Notes: generated by a model from the letters alone, not told the origin. 32,000 bases of DNA from Mycobacterium leprae TN (GCF_000195855.1 NC_002677.1:300001-332000); one strand, 5' to 3'; shown: positions 1-12,058, counted from the stretch's first letter. Numbers and translations are program-made.

Positions 1-1
1 G

Positions 2-436
2 AGTGCCTCGGTTGCCGCCCCGTCGGGTCGTCGGCGGCGGTCCCGCCATTCCAGCCTGGACGAAGCCGCGGCAAGCTCGCCCGGCGAAGCCGAGACCGCG
101 CAGCAGCACAGTGGGTCGGGTCGCCGGGCGCGGTCGCGCCACTCCGCCGAATATCGCGCTTACAGCATTGAGGGCATCACTGCCAAAGGCAGCACCCCGA
201 TCAGCCAGCCGACGCCACCTGCTGGTCCTGCTTTCGCCGAGCAGCCACCACGGCTGGTGCCGGCGTCGCCTTCTGATCCGGTACCCCGGCACCGCAGCGC
301 GGATCTCTTGACGGACGGGGTAAAGGGACGTGACTTAGCAGCTGGTGGTCAGTCGGTCGCCGATTTGATGGCGCGGCTAGGGGCCGAGTCGACCGATGGT
401 GGCCGGCGGCGCAGACGTGAGGGCCATTACGCATGA
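2..436 (+). CDS. C-terminal part (5' truncated by window) of an Ala/Arg/Pro-rich protein, Rv3604c-like by position
   Basis: Frame 2 is open from nt 2 to the TGA at 434-436 (...LLTDGVKGRDLAAGGQSVADLMARLGAESTDGGRRRRREGHYA*). There is no start codon in the window, so the ORF track missed it. It lies immediately upstream of the Rv3603c-like gene and panC. Confidence 0.65.
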   Translation, partial: SASVAAPSGRRRRSRHSSLDEAAASSPGEAETAQQHSGSGRRARSRHSAEYRAYSIEGITAKGSTPISQPTPPAGPAFAEQPPRLVPASPSDPVPRHRSADLLTDGVKGRDLAAGGQSVADLMARLGAESTDGGRRRRREGHYA

Positions 437-536
437 CACTGGGTCTAGGCTGTCAAATCGACTACCGTCATAGTGACCGTCCGGTACCCCTGCCATGGGA
501 CTGGAACGAACCAACAAACATGTGAGGCCGTCTGCG

Positions 537-1466
537 ATGGTGCAGTTCGATGGTTTGCGCTCGGCCAGGCTCAATATTGCGATCCTCTCCACCGGCCGGG
601 TAGGTGTCGCATTGGAGCGCGCCGACCAAGTCGTGGTGGCATGCAGCGCAGTCTCCCATGCATCGCGGCAGTGGGTGCAGTTTAGGTTGCCCGAAACCTC
701 GGTGGCCTCGCCACCGGAGGTAGCCTCCAGTGCTGAGCTGCTGCTGTTGGCGGTTCCCGACTGTGAATTCGCCGGACTGATGTCCGGCGTGGCTGTGACT
801 TCGGTGCCGCGACCCGGGACGATCGTGGCCCACACTTCGTGGGCCAACGGGGTCGGCATCCTCGCACAGCTGGGCAAGGATGGCTGTATTCCTCTGGCAA
901 TTCACCCGGCGATGATGTTCTCCGGCTCCGACGAGGACCTCAGTCAATGTCAATTGAGGGATACCTACTTCGGGATCACCAAGACTGACGATGTCGGGTA
1001 TGCGATCGCGCAGTCATTGGTTTTGGAGATGGGCGGAGAGCCGTTTTGTGTGGTAGAGTACGCCCGCATCCTCTACCATTCCGTTTCGCCCCATGTGGGC
1101 AATCACATCGTGACGGTGTTAGCTGACGCGCTTGAGGTACGGCGGTCCGCGTTGCGCGGCAGCGAACTACTCGGACTAGGGGTACCTCCAGCTTGCAGGG
1201 GCGAGGTCGTCGATGACCAGCTCGACGTTATTGTCGAACGCATCGTTGGGTCATTGGCCCGGGCTGCGTGCGAGAACACCCTGCAGCGCGGCCAGGCCGG
1301 GCTTACCAAACTGGTCGCCCGCGGTGATTTGGACGCGTTAGCGGGACACTTAGTCGCGCTGATGCGGATTGGCCCAGAATTGGCCCAGGCTTATCGGGTT
1401 AATGCCCTACGGAAGACTCAGCGTGCCCATGCTCCCTACGATGTCGTCGAAGCGCTGGCGCCATGA
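537..1466 (+). CDS. Conserved Rossmann-like/DUF2520-type protein (Rv3603c-like)
   Basis: ORF 495..1466. ATG at 537 ([40 protein letters not shown]) gives an expected-length product. It sits directly upstream of panC with a 4-nt overlap. Confidence 0.75.
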
Positions 1467-2404
1467 CGAACAGTCGGCAGCCGGCATTCAACCCGGGCGA
1501 GCTCAATGTGTACTCGACGCCCCGTGACGTCACCAATGTCAGCAGCGCGTTGCGCCACACCGGCCGCCGGGTGATGCTGGTGCCGACGATGGGTGCGCTG
1601 CACAACGGGCACCTGGCCCTGGTGCGTGCGGCTAAACGTGTGCCTGGTTCGGTGGTTGTGGTGTCGATCTTCGTTAACCCGCTGCAATTCGGCGCCGCGG
1701 AAGACCTCGACACTTACCCATGTACCTTCGACGATGATTTGGCTCTACTGCGCGCAGAAGATGTCGAGATCGTGTTCACGCCGACTGCCGCGGCGATGTA
1801 TCCGCACGGATTGCGTACCACCGTACGCCCCGGGGCGTTAGCGTTCGAGCTCGAAGGTGGTCCGCGGCCAAACCATTTCGACGGTGTGCTAACCGTCGTG
1901 CTCAAACTACTCCAGATCGTGCGGCCTGACCGAGTTTTCTTCGGGGAGAAAGATTACCAGCAGCTGGTCCTGATCCGGCAGATGGTAGCCGATCTGAACG
2001 TCGACGTCGTCGTGGTCGGCGTCCCGACCGTGCGCGAAGTCGATGGGCTGGCGATGTCGTCACGCAACTGCTACCTGGATCCTGTGCAGCGCGATCTGGC
2101 CGCAGCGCTGTCGGCGGCGTTGACGGCCGGGGCGCACGCAGCGACAGGGGGGGCACAGGCTGCGCTGGACGCAGCCCGCGCGGTGCTGGACGCTACGCCC
2201 GGCCTTGTGGTCGATTACGTGGAGCTACGCGATGCTGGGCTCGGCCCGATGCGCGACAACACGTTCGGCCGGTTGCTAGTGGCAGCCAGGCTTGGTGCCA
2301 CTAGACTACTCGACAATATTTCGATTGAGATCGGAAATTTCTCCGGCATCGCTAGTCCGGACGAATGTCGGGTTGAACACGCCCAAACACCTTGGATGAA
2401 GTGA
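1463..2404 (+). CDS. panC: Pantoate--beta-alanine ligase (pantothenate synthetase)
   Basis: [46 protein letters not shown] and MSSRNCYL motifs. Confidence 0.97.
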
Positions 2405-2832
2405 TGTTACGGACGATGCTAAAGTCTAAGATTCATCGCGCCACCGTCACGCAGGCTTATCTGCACTATGTCGGTTCGGTGACCATCGATGCCGATTTGA
2501 TGGGCGCTGCGGACCTGCTTGAGGGTGAACAGGTTACCATTGTTGACATCAATAACGGTGCCCGGCTCGTCACCTACGCAATTGCTGGCGAGCGTGGCAC
2601 CGGTGTGATTGGAATCAATGGCGCCGCAGCGCATCTTGTTCATCCGGGCGATCTGGTAATCCTGATCTCCTATGGGACCATGGAAGATGCCGAGGCGCAC
2701 GCTTATCAGCCGCGGATTGTGTTCGTCGACGCCGATAACAAACCGATCGATCTGGGCCACGATCCAGGCTCCGTGCCCTTGGACATATCTGTCGCGGCTG
2801 AACTATTTGATCCCCGGATCGGTGCGCGGTAA
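2404..2832 (+). CDS. panD: Aspartate 1-decarboxylase precursor
   Basis: [16 protein letters not shown]...[14 protein letters not shown] with the Gly24-Ser25 self-processing site, and [15 protein letters not shown]. Follows panC. Confidence 0.96.
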   Translation: MLRTMLKSKIHRATVTQAYLHYVGSVTIDADLMGAADLLEGEQVTIVDINNGARLVTYAIAGERGTGVIGINGAAAHLVHPGDLVILISYGTMEDAEAHAYQPRIVFVDADNKPIDLGHDPGSVPLDISVAAELFDPRIGAR

Positions 2833-2834
2833 CT

Positions 2835-3659
2835 GTGCTGCTGGCCATCGACGTTCGCAACACGCATACCGTCGTCGGATTGCTGTCCGGATCCAAGGAG
2901 CATGCAAAGGTCGTGCAGCAATGGCGGATCCGCACTGAATCCGAGGTTACCGCGGACGAACTGGCCTTGATTATCGACGGCTTGATCGGTGATGATTCCG
3001 AGCGACTCGCCGGAGCTGCCGCATTGTCGACCGTCCCGTCGGTGCTGCACGAGGTGCGGATCATGCTCGATCAGTACTGGCCGTCGGTGCCGCACGTACT
3101 GATCGAACCGGGGGTGCGCACCGGTATCCCGCTGCTGGTAGATAATCCGAAAGAAGTGGGTGCCGACCGGATCGTGAACTGCCTGGCGGCGTTCCACAAG
3201 TTCGGTCAAGCTGCCATCGTGGTCGATTTCGGGTCGTCGATCTGCGTGGATGTGGTGTCGGCCAAAGGGGAGTTTCTGGGCGGTGCCATTGCGCCCGGAG
3301 TGCAGGTGTCTTCGGATGCCGCGGCTGCCCGCTCTGCCGCGTTGCGCCGCGTTGAGCTGGCCAGACCCCGCTCGGTGGTTGGTAAAAACACGGTCGAATG
3401 TATGCAGGCCGGTGTGGTGTTCGGTTTTGCTGGGCTGGTCGATGGCTTAGTCGGCCGCATGCGCCAGGACGTGGAGGAATTTTCCGGCGACTTAGGTAAT
3501 CGGGTTGCGGTCGTGGCTACCGGGCATACCGCGCCGCTGTTGCTGCCCGAGCTGCATACCGTTGACCACTACGATCGGCACCTGACCCTTCATGGTCTGC
3601 GACTGGTCTTCGAACGCAATCGGGAAGCGCAGCGTGGCCGGTTGAAGACGGCGCGCTGA
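2835..3659 (+). CDS. coaX: Type III pantothenate kinase
   Basis: GTG start. [71 protein letters not shown]. Confidence 0.95.
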   Translation: MLLAIDVRNTHTVVGLLSGSKEHAKVVQQWRIRTESEVTADELALIIDGLIGDDSERLAGAAALSTVPSVLHEVRIMLDQYWPSVPHVLIEPGVRTGIPLLVDNPKEVGADRIVNCLAAFHKFGQAAIVVDFGSSICVDVVSAKGEFLGGAIAPGVQVSSDAAAARSAALRRVELARPRSVVGKNTVECMQAGVVFGFAGLVDGLVGRMRQDVEEFSGDLGNRVAVVATGHTAPLLLPELHTVDHYDRHLTLHGLRLVFERNREAQRGRLKTAR

Positions 3660-3739
3660 CGACGTCTGGCAGTGCGCACGTGAAGTTGTTCGACGCCACT
3701 GAACAGTGCCCGGCGTGAGGTCATTTAAGCTGGCACGTC

Positions 3740-5263
3740 GTGAACGCTGACCCGTTGGAGACTGACGCTGCTCTTCCTGAGCAGTTTCGGATTCGCCGGG
3801 ACAAGCGTGCTCGTTTGTTGGCGGAGGGGCGTGACCCGTATCCGGTCGCCATTGAACGCACCCATACCCTAGCTGAGGTTCGCGCAGCCTATCCCGACCT
3901 GGCGACCGACTCCGCCACCGATGACATCGTTGGTATCGCGGGTAGGGTAATATTCGCGCGTAATTCGGGGAAACTGTGCTTTGCGACACTGCAGGACGGT
4001 GACGGCACCAACTTGCAGGTGATGATTAGTCTCAACAAGGTTGGTTCCGAAACGCTTGACGCGTGGAAAGTCGACGTCGATCTTGGCGACATTGTTTATG
4101 TACACGGGAACGTGATTAGCTCGCGTAGCGGCGAGTTATCAGTTCTTGCTGATTCCTGGCAGATGGTATCTAAGTCGTTGCGGCCACTGCCCGTCGCGCA
4201 TAAAGAGATGAGTGAAGAGTCGCGGGTGCGACAGCGTTATGTTGACCTTATTGTCTGTCCGCAAGTGCGAATAGTAGCTCATCAGAGAATTGCCGTTATC
4301 CGCGCCATACGGACTGCGTTAGAACGACGCGGTTTTCTCGAAGTTGAGACGCCTATGTTGCAGACTCTGGCCGGTGGCGCTGCGGCCCGGCCATTCGTCA
4401 CACATTCCAATGCCCTGGACATCGATCTGTACCTGCGTATCGCACCTGAACTGTTCCTCAAGCGATGCATCGTCGGTGGTTTCGACAAGGTCTTCGAACT
4501 TAATCGAGTGTTTCGAAACGAAGGCGCCGATTCTACGCATTCCCCGGAATTTTCCATGCTAGAGACCTACCAGACCTACGGAACCTATGACGATTCGGCG
4601 GTCGTTACCCGAGAAATTATTCAAGAGGTGGCCGATGAGGCGATCGGGACCAGACAACTGCAGATGCCTGATGACAGCGTCTACGACATAGATGGAGAAT
4701 GGGAGACGATACAAATGTATCCGTCTCTGTCGGCTGTGTTGGGTGAAGAAATCACGCCGCAGACGTCAGTCGATCGGCTGCGAGCCATCGCGGATCGGCT
4801 TGGCCGTGGGATTGGTCCAGAGATTCTTGACAAGCCCAGTTACGGACATGGAAGACTCGTCGAGCAACTGTGGGAGTACACAGTGGGCAACACCCTGAGC
4901 GCGCCCACATTTGTCAAAGATTTTCCGGTCGAAACAACTCCTTTGACCCGTCAGCATCGAAGCATCCCCGGAGTGACCGAGAAGTGGGATCTCTACCTGC
5001 GTGGAGTTGAACTGGCCACGGGGTACTCCGAATTAAACGATCCGGTCGTGCAGCGGGAAAGATTTGGTCAACAAGTCCGTGCTGCAGCCGCCGAGGAAGA
5101 TGAGGCGATGGCACTTGATGAGGAATTTCTGGCGGCACTGGAGTACGCGATGCCGCCATGCACTGGAACTGGAATGGGTATCGACCGGTTGTTGATGTCT
5201 TTGACTGGACTGTCAATTAGGGAGACTGTTTTGTTCCCGATTGTTCGGCCGCACTCCAACTGA
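3740..5263 (+). CDS. lysS: Lysyl-tRNA synthetase (class II)
   Basis: OB-fold [21 protein letters not shown], motif 2 [21 protein letters not shown], motif 3 [15 protein letters not shown]. Confidence 0.95.
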
Positions 5264-5367
5264 ACTGTTCGTGTTGTGTCGAGATTGAGTATGCGGTGTT
5301 CTTATGGCAGATTAGTATCTGGGGAGGTTGATCCAAACTGCTCAGGAAGAAACGTGAGGGTAAGATA

Positions 5368-5706
5368 ATGGCGAAGAAAGTGACCGTCACCTTGGTCGAT
5401 GATTTCGATGGTGCGGGCGCCGCCGATGAAACGGTCGAATTCGGGCTTGACGGGGTGACCTACGAGATCGACCTTACGAACAAGAATGCCGCGAAACTGC
5501 GTGGCGATCTGAGGCAATGGGTGTCCGCCGGACGGCGCGTCGGCGGTCGGCGGCGAGGGCGTTCCAATTCTGGACGCGGCCGTGGGGCGATCGATCGCGA
5601 ACAGAGCGCGGCGATCCGGGAATGGGCTCGTCGGAACGGACATAATGTGTCGACTCGTGGTCGTATTCCGGCCGACGTCATTGACGCATTCCACGCGGCG
5701 ACTTAA
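5368..5706 (+). CDS. lsr2: Lsr2 nucleoid-associated xenogeneic silencer
   Basis: 112 aa, [37 protein letters not shown]-terminal DNA-binding domain has the RGR hook ([17 protein letters not shown]). Confidence 0.97.
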   Translation: MAKKVTVTLVDDFDGAGAADETVEFGLDGVTYEIDLTNKNAAKLRGDLRQWVSAGRRVGGRRRGRSNSGRGRGAIDREQSAAIREWARRNGHNVSTRGRIPADVIDAFHAAT

Positions 5707-5719
5707 AATAAAAAGTTCT

Positions 5720-5757
5720 GTACTGACGCCCGGGCTCTAGGACCCGGGCGTCAGTAC
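5720..5757 (+). terminator. Strong hairpin terminator after lsr2
   Basis: Perfect 15-bp stem gtactgacgcccggg (5720-5734) / cccgggcgtcagtac (5743-5757) with 8-nt loop ctctagga. Flanked by A-rich upstream and TTTAAAAAAA downstream. Confidence 0.85.
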
Positions 5758-6002
5758 TTTAAAAAAATATGTTGCTTTCGTTGCTGGCGAACTGATCGCC
5801 AGCAACTGGCGGAAGCGATTCGGCGGTTTCTTCGTTTCTGGGGTTAAGAACCTGGTGTCGCAGGACTACGAAGCCTCGGATACTCCAAGCCACTGGAAAC
5901 GGCAATATTGCCGACCATTACAGTGGACGGCAGGTACACGGTTCGGGTCCCATGGGCTGGAACGGGTCGTATGGATGGTGTAGGGAGAGCAGGTAACCGC
6001 CG

Positions 6003-8549
6003 ATGTTCGAAAGATTTACCGATCGTGCCCGCAGGGTGGTCGTCCTGGCACAGGAAGAGGCCCGGATGCTCAACCATAACTACATCGGCACCGAGCACAT
6101 TTTGCTGGGTCTTATCCACGAAGGCGAAGGTGTCGCGGCGAAATCGTTGGATTCGTTGGGGATTTCACTTGAAGCCGTTCGCAGTCAGGTCGAAGATATT
6201 ATCGGCCAGGGTCAGCAGGCGCCGTCGGGGCATATCCCGTTTACGCCTCGTGCCAAGAAGGTTCTTGAGCTGAGCTTGCGTGAGGCGCTGCAGCTCGGCC
6301 ATAATTACATCGGCACCGAGCACATTTTGCTGGGCCTTATCCGGGAGGGAGAGGGTGTGGCCGCCCAGGTGCTGGTCAAGTTGGGCGCCGAGCTGACCCG
6401 AGTGCGCCAGCAGGTGATCCAGCTGCTAAGTGGCTACCAGGGCAAAGAAGCTGCTGAAGCGGGCACTGGAGGCCGGGGTGGCGAATCCGGTAGTCCATCT
6501 ACATCTCTGGTGCTCGACCAGTTCGGTCGAAACCTGACGGCTGCTGCGATGGAGAGCAAGCTGGATCCGGTCATTGGCCGCGAAAAGGAAATCGAGCGGG
6601 TGATGCAGGTGCTGAGCCGGCGCACCAAGAACAACCCGGTGTTGATCGGCGAGCCTGGCGTCGGCAAGACCGCTGTCGTCGAGGGTCTTGCGCAGGCCAT
6701 CGTGCACGGTGAGGTTCCCGAGACGCTGAAAGACAAGCAGCTTTACACACTTGACCTGGGCTCGTTGGTAGCCGGCTCGCGCTACCGCGGTGACTTCGAG
6801 GAGCGCCTGAAGAAGGTACTCAAGGAGATCAACACCCGCGGTGACATAATCTTGTTCATCGATGAGCTGCACACCCTGGTAGGTGCCGGTGCCGCCGAGG
6901 GGGCGATCGATGCCGCGTCGATCCTCAAGCCCAAGCTGGCCCGCGGTGAGCTGCAAACCATTGGCGCTACCACCCTCGACGAATATCGCAAGTACATCGA
7001 GAAAGACGCCGCCCTGGAGCGCCGCTTCCAGCCGGTGCAGGTGGGTGAGCCAACGGTGGAGCACACTATCGAGATTCTCAAGGGCCTGCGGGACCGCTAC
7101 GAGGCCCACCATCGGGTGTCGATCACCGACTCGGCGATGGTGGCCGCCGCCACTCTGGCCGATCGCTACATCAATGACCGATTCCTCCCGGACAAGGCGA
7201 TCGACCTGATTGACGAAGCAGGCGCCCGGATGCGGATTCGCCGAATGACCGCGCCACCAGATCTGCGTGAGTTCGACGAGAAGATCGCCGAAGCCCGCCG
7301 GGAGAAAGAGTCGGCGATCGACGCCCAGGATTTCGAGAAGGCGGCTAGCCTACGCGACCGGGAGAAGCAACTGGTAGCTCAGCGTGCAGAACGCGAAAAG
7401 CAATGGCGTTCAGGCGATCTCGATGTTATTGCGGAAGTTGACGACGAGCAAATTGCCGAGGTGCTGGGCAACTGGACCGGTATACCGGTGTTCAAGCTCA
7501 CCGAGGCTGAGACTACCCGGCTGCTCCGTATGGAGGAGGAGCTGCACAAACGGATTATCGGCCAGGAGGATGCTGTTAAGGCCGTGTCCAAGGCGATCCG
7601 TCGTACCCGCGCCGGGCTAAAAGACCCCAAGCGCCCGTCGGGTTCGTTCATCTTCGCCGGCCCGTCCGGTGTCGGTAAGACTGAACTGTCTAAGGCGCTG
7701 GCCAACTTTTTGTTTGGCGACGACGACGCGCTCATCCAGATCGATATGGGCGAGTTCCACGACCGGTTCACCGCGTCGCGGCTTTTTGGTGCTCCGCCGG
7801 GATACGTCGGCTACGAGGAGGGCGGTCAGCTCACCGAGAAGGTGCGGCGCAAGCCGTTCTCGGTGGTGCTGTTCGACGAGATCGAAAAAGCGCATCAGGA
7901 GATCTATAACAGCCTGTTGCAGGTGCTTGAAGACGGGCGGCTCACCGATGGGCAGGGTCGCACGGTGGACTTCAAAAACACCGTGCTGATCTTTACATCC
8001 AACCTTGGTACCTCCGACATCTCCAAGCCGGTCGGTCTGGGCTTCACCCAAGGTAGTGGTGAGAACGACTACGAGCGGATGAAGCAGAAGGTCAACGATG
8101 AGCTGAAGAAGCACTTCCGCCCAGAGTTCCTCAACCGCATCGACGACATCATCGTCTTCCACCAACTGAGCCGTGATGAGATCATCCGGATGGTCGATCT
8201 CATGATTAGCCGGGTTGCTAACCAGCTCAAGGTCAAAGACATGACGCTGGAGTTGACAAACAAGGCTAAGGCCTTGTTGGCTAAGCGTGGCTTCGATCCG
8301 GTGCTGGGTGCTCGCCCGCTGCGGCGTACTATCCAACGCGAGATCGAGGACCAGCTCTCGGAGAAGATCCTCTTCGAGGAAGTCGGGCCGGGACAGGTCG
8401 TCACCGTCGACGTCGACAACTGGGATGGCGAAGGCCCCGGTGAGGACGTGAAGTTCACTTTCACTGGGATCCGCAAGCCGTCGACAGAGCCGGATCTGGC
8501 TAAGGCCGGAGTGCACAGCGCTGGCGGGCCTGAGCCGGTCGAGCAGTAG
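6003..8549 (+). CDS. clpC: ATP-dependent Clp protease ATP-binding subunit ClpC
   Basis: 848 aa. Duplicated Clp_N repeat, two AAA+ modules ([13 protein letters not shown]; [15 protein letters not shown]), SNLGTSD. Confidence 0.97.
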   Translation: MFERFTDRARRVVVLAQEEARMLNHNYIGTEHILLGLIHEGEGVAAKSLDSLGISLEAVRSQVEDIIGQGQQAPSGHIPFTPRAKKVLELSLREALQLGHNYIGTEHILLGLIREGEGVAAQVLVKLGAELTRVRQQVIQLLSGYQGKEAAEAGTGGRGGESGSPSTSLVLDQFGRNLTAAAMESKLDPVIGREKEIERVMQVLSRRTKNNPVLIGEPGVGKTAVVEGLAQAIVHGEVPETLKDKQLYTLDLGSLVAGSRYRGDFEERLKKVLKEINTRGDIILFIDELHTLVGAGAAEGAIDAASILKPKLARGELQTIGATTLDEYRKYIEKDAALERRFQPVQVGEPTVEHTIEILKGLRDRYEAHHRVSITDSAMVAAATLADRYINDRFLPDKAIDLIDEAGARMRIRRMTAPPDLREFDEKIAEARREKESAIDAQDFEKAASLRDREKQLVAQRAEREKQWRSGDLDVIAEVDDEQIAEVLGNWTGIPVFKLTEAETTRLLRMEEELHKRIIGQEDAVKAVSKAIRRTRAGLKDPKRPSGSFIFAGPSGVGKTELSKALANFLFGDDDALIQIDMGEFHDRFTASRLFGAPPGYVGYEEGGQLTEKVRRKPFSVVLFDEIEKAHQEIYNSLLQVLEDGRLTDGQGRTVDFKNTVLIFTSNLGTSDISKPVGLGFTQGSGENDYERMKQKVNDELKKHFRPEFLNRIDDIIVFHQLSRDEIIRMVDLMISRVANQLKVKDMTLELTNKAKALLAKRGFDPVLGARPLRRTIQREIEDQLSEKILFEEVGPGQVVTVDVDNWDGEGPGEDVKFTFTGIRKPSTEPDLAKAGVHSAGGPEPVEQ

Positions 8550-8569
8550 GCCAAGCCATCCAGCTTGGC
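8550..8569 (+). terminator. Candidate hairpin immediately after the clpC stop
   Basis: gccaagc (8550-8556) / gcttggc (8563-8569), 7-bp perfect stem, 6-nt loop. No clear T run. Confidence 0.45.
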
Positions 8570-8810
8570 TAACGTTGTTAATTGCGTACCTCGCTACGTA
8601 CGCGGCCAGGTATCAGGAAAGCATCGCTGGAGCTGTGATTATTCTTGACTTGCTTGCGCGTATATGGACGCAAGTGGAAAGTTAGCACCGCTGTACATTC
8701 GACCTGCTGCCCAAACGATGGGCAGCAGCGTTATGAGCCGTAAGGAATTAACTAAGAGATGGTTTCTTCTTGGCGATTGCCAGTAGGGTTACCATCGAAG
8801 ATAGATTCTG

Positions 8811-8844
<34 letters not shown>

Positions 8845-9642
8845 GCTTGGGTCCTAAATTGATTTGGCAGCCTCTAATGAGTGGCAGCATATGGCTAATG
8901 GAATGTTTGAAATAACTCGTTTTTTCGGAGAAGTGCGAATAATGTTGCCAGGTTAGTGGTTCGGTCTGTCGGCGAGAGATGGCCGCAGCGACCTCGCTAT
9001 TTCAAAAGTGGCCATGAGAGGTTGCAGTTGGTGCCCTGCGTCGGCCAAACAGATCCGTAAGATTGTTGCGGAGTATAATTTATGAGGTGTGTGAGTAGGT
9101 GATGCCCCCGCACGACGTGGCCGAGAATTTATCATGGTATAATACGCTAGCTGCATCCACTATGTTCGGGGAACAAGATGGGGTAGTTCGGACAGCTCCA
9201 GAAACAATATTTTCTTGTACTGGGAAGTAAACGAGCAGGCGTTGTAGGTTTGTGCAATCGGCGTAGCTAAGGAGTTAAAGCAGTAGAAGCTGCCACCGAA
9301 GATTGTCAACGAGGCCGGAACCTGGAACGTCAAGGCAATAGAGACCAAGGCAGTGGCGGGTTAGAGCGTCGGGCGGCCCTGGGAATTACTTCCGGTGCTA
9401 TCATCTAATCTGCCGTCGAGAACGGTGTAAGTCTAACGTGTTCCATCGGTTCTGCCCGCTTCTGGCGTTTTCGCTGCGGGCGCCGCGGTCGGCAGGGCTT
9501 TGGCCGCTTGTTGATAATGCTTGGAGAAGGCATCCCCGGCTCTCGGATCGCCGTCGACTCACGATACATGGGTCTATGCGCTGGAGTGGAACTTCAGGTA
9601 CGCGGGGCCTGCGTTGTGAGTGTTATCAGAAATTTTGCCGGG

Positions 9643-10899
9643 CTAACCGACCGACGCCACGGTAGCGACGGATGCTAGCCTAAGAATAGGTGCCGCTTTA
9701 TGCAGGCACTCTTGCAGTTCGGCATCGGGATCGGAGTCGGCGGTTATCCCGCCGCCTACTCCCAGCACGGCGTTACCGGCGGTGTCGAATTCGACGGTTC
9801 GGATCGCGACGTTCAGCTCACATCCGGCGATTGGTGATGCCAAACCAACTGTGCCGCAATATATCCCGCGACGTCTGTGTTCCCATTGCGAAATCAATTT
9901 GCGGGCCCTTAGCTTGGGGGTCCCAGTGATCGAGGCTGGCGGGAAGGTGGCGTCTAATAGTGCCGCCATTGGCAGCTCGACAGGCACCTGGGCCGTCACC
10001 GTGGACACTAGGTGCCACACGCCCGGAGCGTGCCGTACAACCAACAGCTCGGGCACGGTGACCGTGCCGGTAATGGCTACCCGGCCGAGGTCATTACGCA
10101 CCAGATCCACGATCATGATGTTCTCGGCCACCTCTTTGGCCGAAGCTTGTAATGCCGACGGCCAGGCTGCCAACGGCAGGGTGCCTTTGATCGGGCTGGA
10201 CGTCACGCCGGCACCACGGCGTCGAAGGAATAGCTCCGGGGATAGCGATGCCACCGCACCCCACGGTCCAGCGATATAAGCAGCACGCGCCGGTGCGGTA
10301 CGTGCCACCACAGCGATGAAGAAGTCCAGCGGGGCCCCGGTGACTGTTCCGGTGAACTGTGTGCACACACACGCTTGGTAGATCTCGCCGGCACGAATCG
10401 CCTCCAGGCAGGCAAGTACCCCGTCACGATGGGCCCCCCAGTCGGTCCTCTCCCAGTCTACCTGGCAATTTCGCGCAGGTGCCGGCGTTGTTGCTAGTGC
10501 GGCTGCCAGCCAGCCGGGCATCGGTGCCCCGGACAGGCTCTCGTACCACCATTGCGCGCCACGGTCGCGGCGCAGCACACAGTCGGTCCAACCTCCGGCG
10601 GCTTCGGGTATCCGGTTCGGCTGCTTGTCGGCTGCGGGGTCTGGGTAGGACAGGTAGCCGACCCAGCCTCCGCCTACTGCTACTGCCGAATCGGGTGTTC
10701 GTGCGTCTAACTGGACCGCAAACGCGTCGTTAACATCCACCGGTTGTACTGACAGACTAGGCGCGATTATTGCCAGCGCATCGAACCACTCGCCGGTCAG
10801 CGCGGCAGGCGGCGGCAAATCGAGCCCGGTTGTGGCGTCGCCGAGAGAGCGTAGCACCCGGGGTGCGTCGCCAAGATTGCCGAGTCGCTCGATTCGCAC
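9643..10899 (-). CDS. pabB: Aminodeoxychorismate synthase component I (chorismate-binding enzyme)
   Basis: SPELFLRR, SSPIKGTLP, AENIMIVDLVRNDLGRVA, CGTVGLASP, GGGITADSDPDAE motifs. Adjacent to metS as Rv1005c is in Mtb. Confidence 0.85.
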   Translation of the reverse strand: MRIERLGNLGDAPRVLRSLGDATTGLDLPPPAALTGEWFDALAIIAPSLSVQPVDVNDAFAVQLDARTPDSAVAVGGGWVGYLSYPDPAADKQPNRIPEAAGGWTDCVLRRDRGAQWWYESLSGAPMPGWLAAALATTPAPARNCQVDWERTDWGAHRDGVLACLEAIRAGEIYQACVCTQFTGTVTGAPLDFFIAVVARTAPARAAYIAGPWGAVASLSPELFLRRRGAGVTSSPIKGTLPLAAWPSALQASAKEVAENIMIVDLVRNDLGRVAITGTVTVPELLVVRHAPGVWHLVSTVTAQVPVELPMAALLDATFPPASITGTPKLRARKLISQWEHRRRGIYCGTVGLASPIAGCELNVAIRTVEFDTAGNAVLGVGGGITADSDPDAELQECLHKAAPILRLASVATVASVG

Positions 10900-11742
10900 C
10901 GCACTAGCTTGACAGAACAGCCGATTTTCTCACTCCAGGCGTCATCTAGGTTGGATTGGCTCGCCTCTGGCTCCGCCATCGAACCACGGTTTTACTACGA
11001 AAAGGGCCTGTGCGACATCATAAAATATCACGTGTCGATGACGTCGAGTGCCAACTTTCCGGATCGGGATTCGCCATCGGCGATGGACCCGAAGTTGTAT
11101 CGACTTTGGGAGCAAGCAAATGCCGCCGCCGGCTACCGATACTCGGTCGAGGCGCGGTCGGGATCGTAATCGATACAAGGTAAAGTGACGACGGTACCCG
11201 TCGTTTGGACCAACTACGGTTCCGCTGCGGCCAGCGAAAATTGGCAACTCAGCTGCTAAAGTTTGGTAAATTTCGCGTGCGCAGTGTTCGCAGGTTATTA
11301 CCAACAGTCAACCTCAAGACGTTGGTCCGTGATGACTCCATCCTATCACCCGAGGAGCCTGGCCCAGCATCGACCAACGAAATCGGTGCACGTCGACCTG
11401 GGCGGCTTGGCACCCGGGCATGACACGTTGCGGGCGTTGGTGGAATGGCAACACAGCACAAGGCAGGTGGTTCACACGTGATGAATTGTCCGCCGATGGT
11501 ATTGCCTCGCGACTGTCGAGATCTCTCCGGATCCAATTGTTACGCTCGATATTCCGCGCGGAAATCTAGCATCAGCCAACGACGAATGACGCTGTGCGCC
11601 TACATAGACCGAGTCTTCCGAGGGGGAAAGTCGTTGACTGTCCAGGAGGATTAATCAGTTATGCGAATGGGTGCATAGCGAGTTCTCAACAGATTCTTTA
11701 ACACCGGCTCGCTGGTACACGTGAAATTTTAGGTCGATGCGT

Positions 11743-11762
11743 AGTTATTGTATTATAACAAT
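11743..11762. repeat. AT-rich perfect inverted repeat
   Basis: ttattgt (11743-11749) attata acaataa (11756-11762). Confidence 0.6.
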
Positions 11763-12038
11763 AATATATCATGCCGCGGTTGTCGGTGCTGGTCTGTCCA
11801 GACTCGGACAAGCTGGACATCACGAAAAACTACTGCGTGGGTGGTCAATGGGGTTTGGCGATTTGGGGGTATGCGGCGCCGAGAAGTATCCCGACGGGTC
11901 CTACTGGCACTAGTGGATGCAACGGTGTATTTAAGTGGGGTGACGCAGTATTATTATTACTTCGGCGACTGCGGTAACATTTTTCCTGACGTTTTCCCAA
12001 CTCCGCGACCGTCTGGTGGCTGCGATGGGACAATTCCT

Positions 12039-12058
12039 CCCCCCCCCCCCCCCCCCCC
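12039..12058. repeat. Poly-C homopolymer tract, 20 nt
   Basis: caattCCTCC + 18 further C; uninterrupted C from 12039 to 12058. Confidence 0.95.

Noticed and set aside
377-953. Overlapping minus-strand ORFs 377..877 and 468..953
   Set aside because: Mutually overlapping in different frames and opposite to the Rv3604c/Rv3603c-like coding region.
6426-7112. 228-aa minus-strand ORF within clpC
   Set aside because: Antisense shadow of AAA+ domain 1 coding sequence.
7617-8516. 299-aa minus-strand ORF opposite clpC
   Set aside because: Antisense to a strongly conserved ClpC reading frame. High-GC codon bias commonly opens such shadow frames, and no domain is recognisable.
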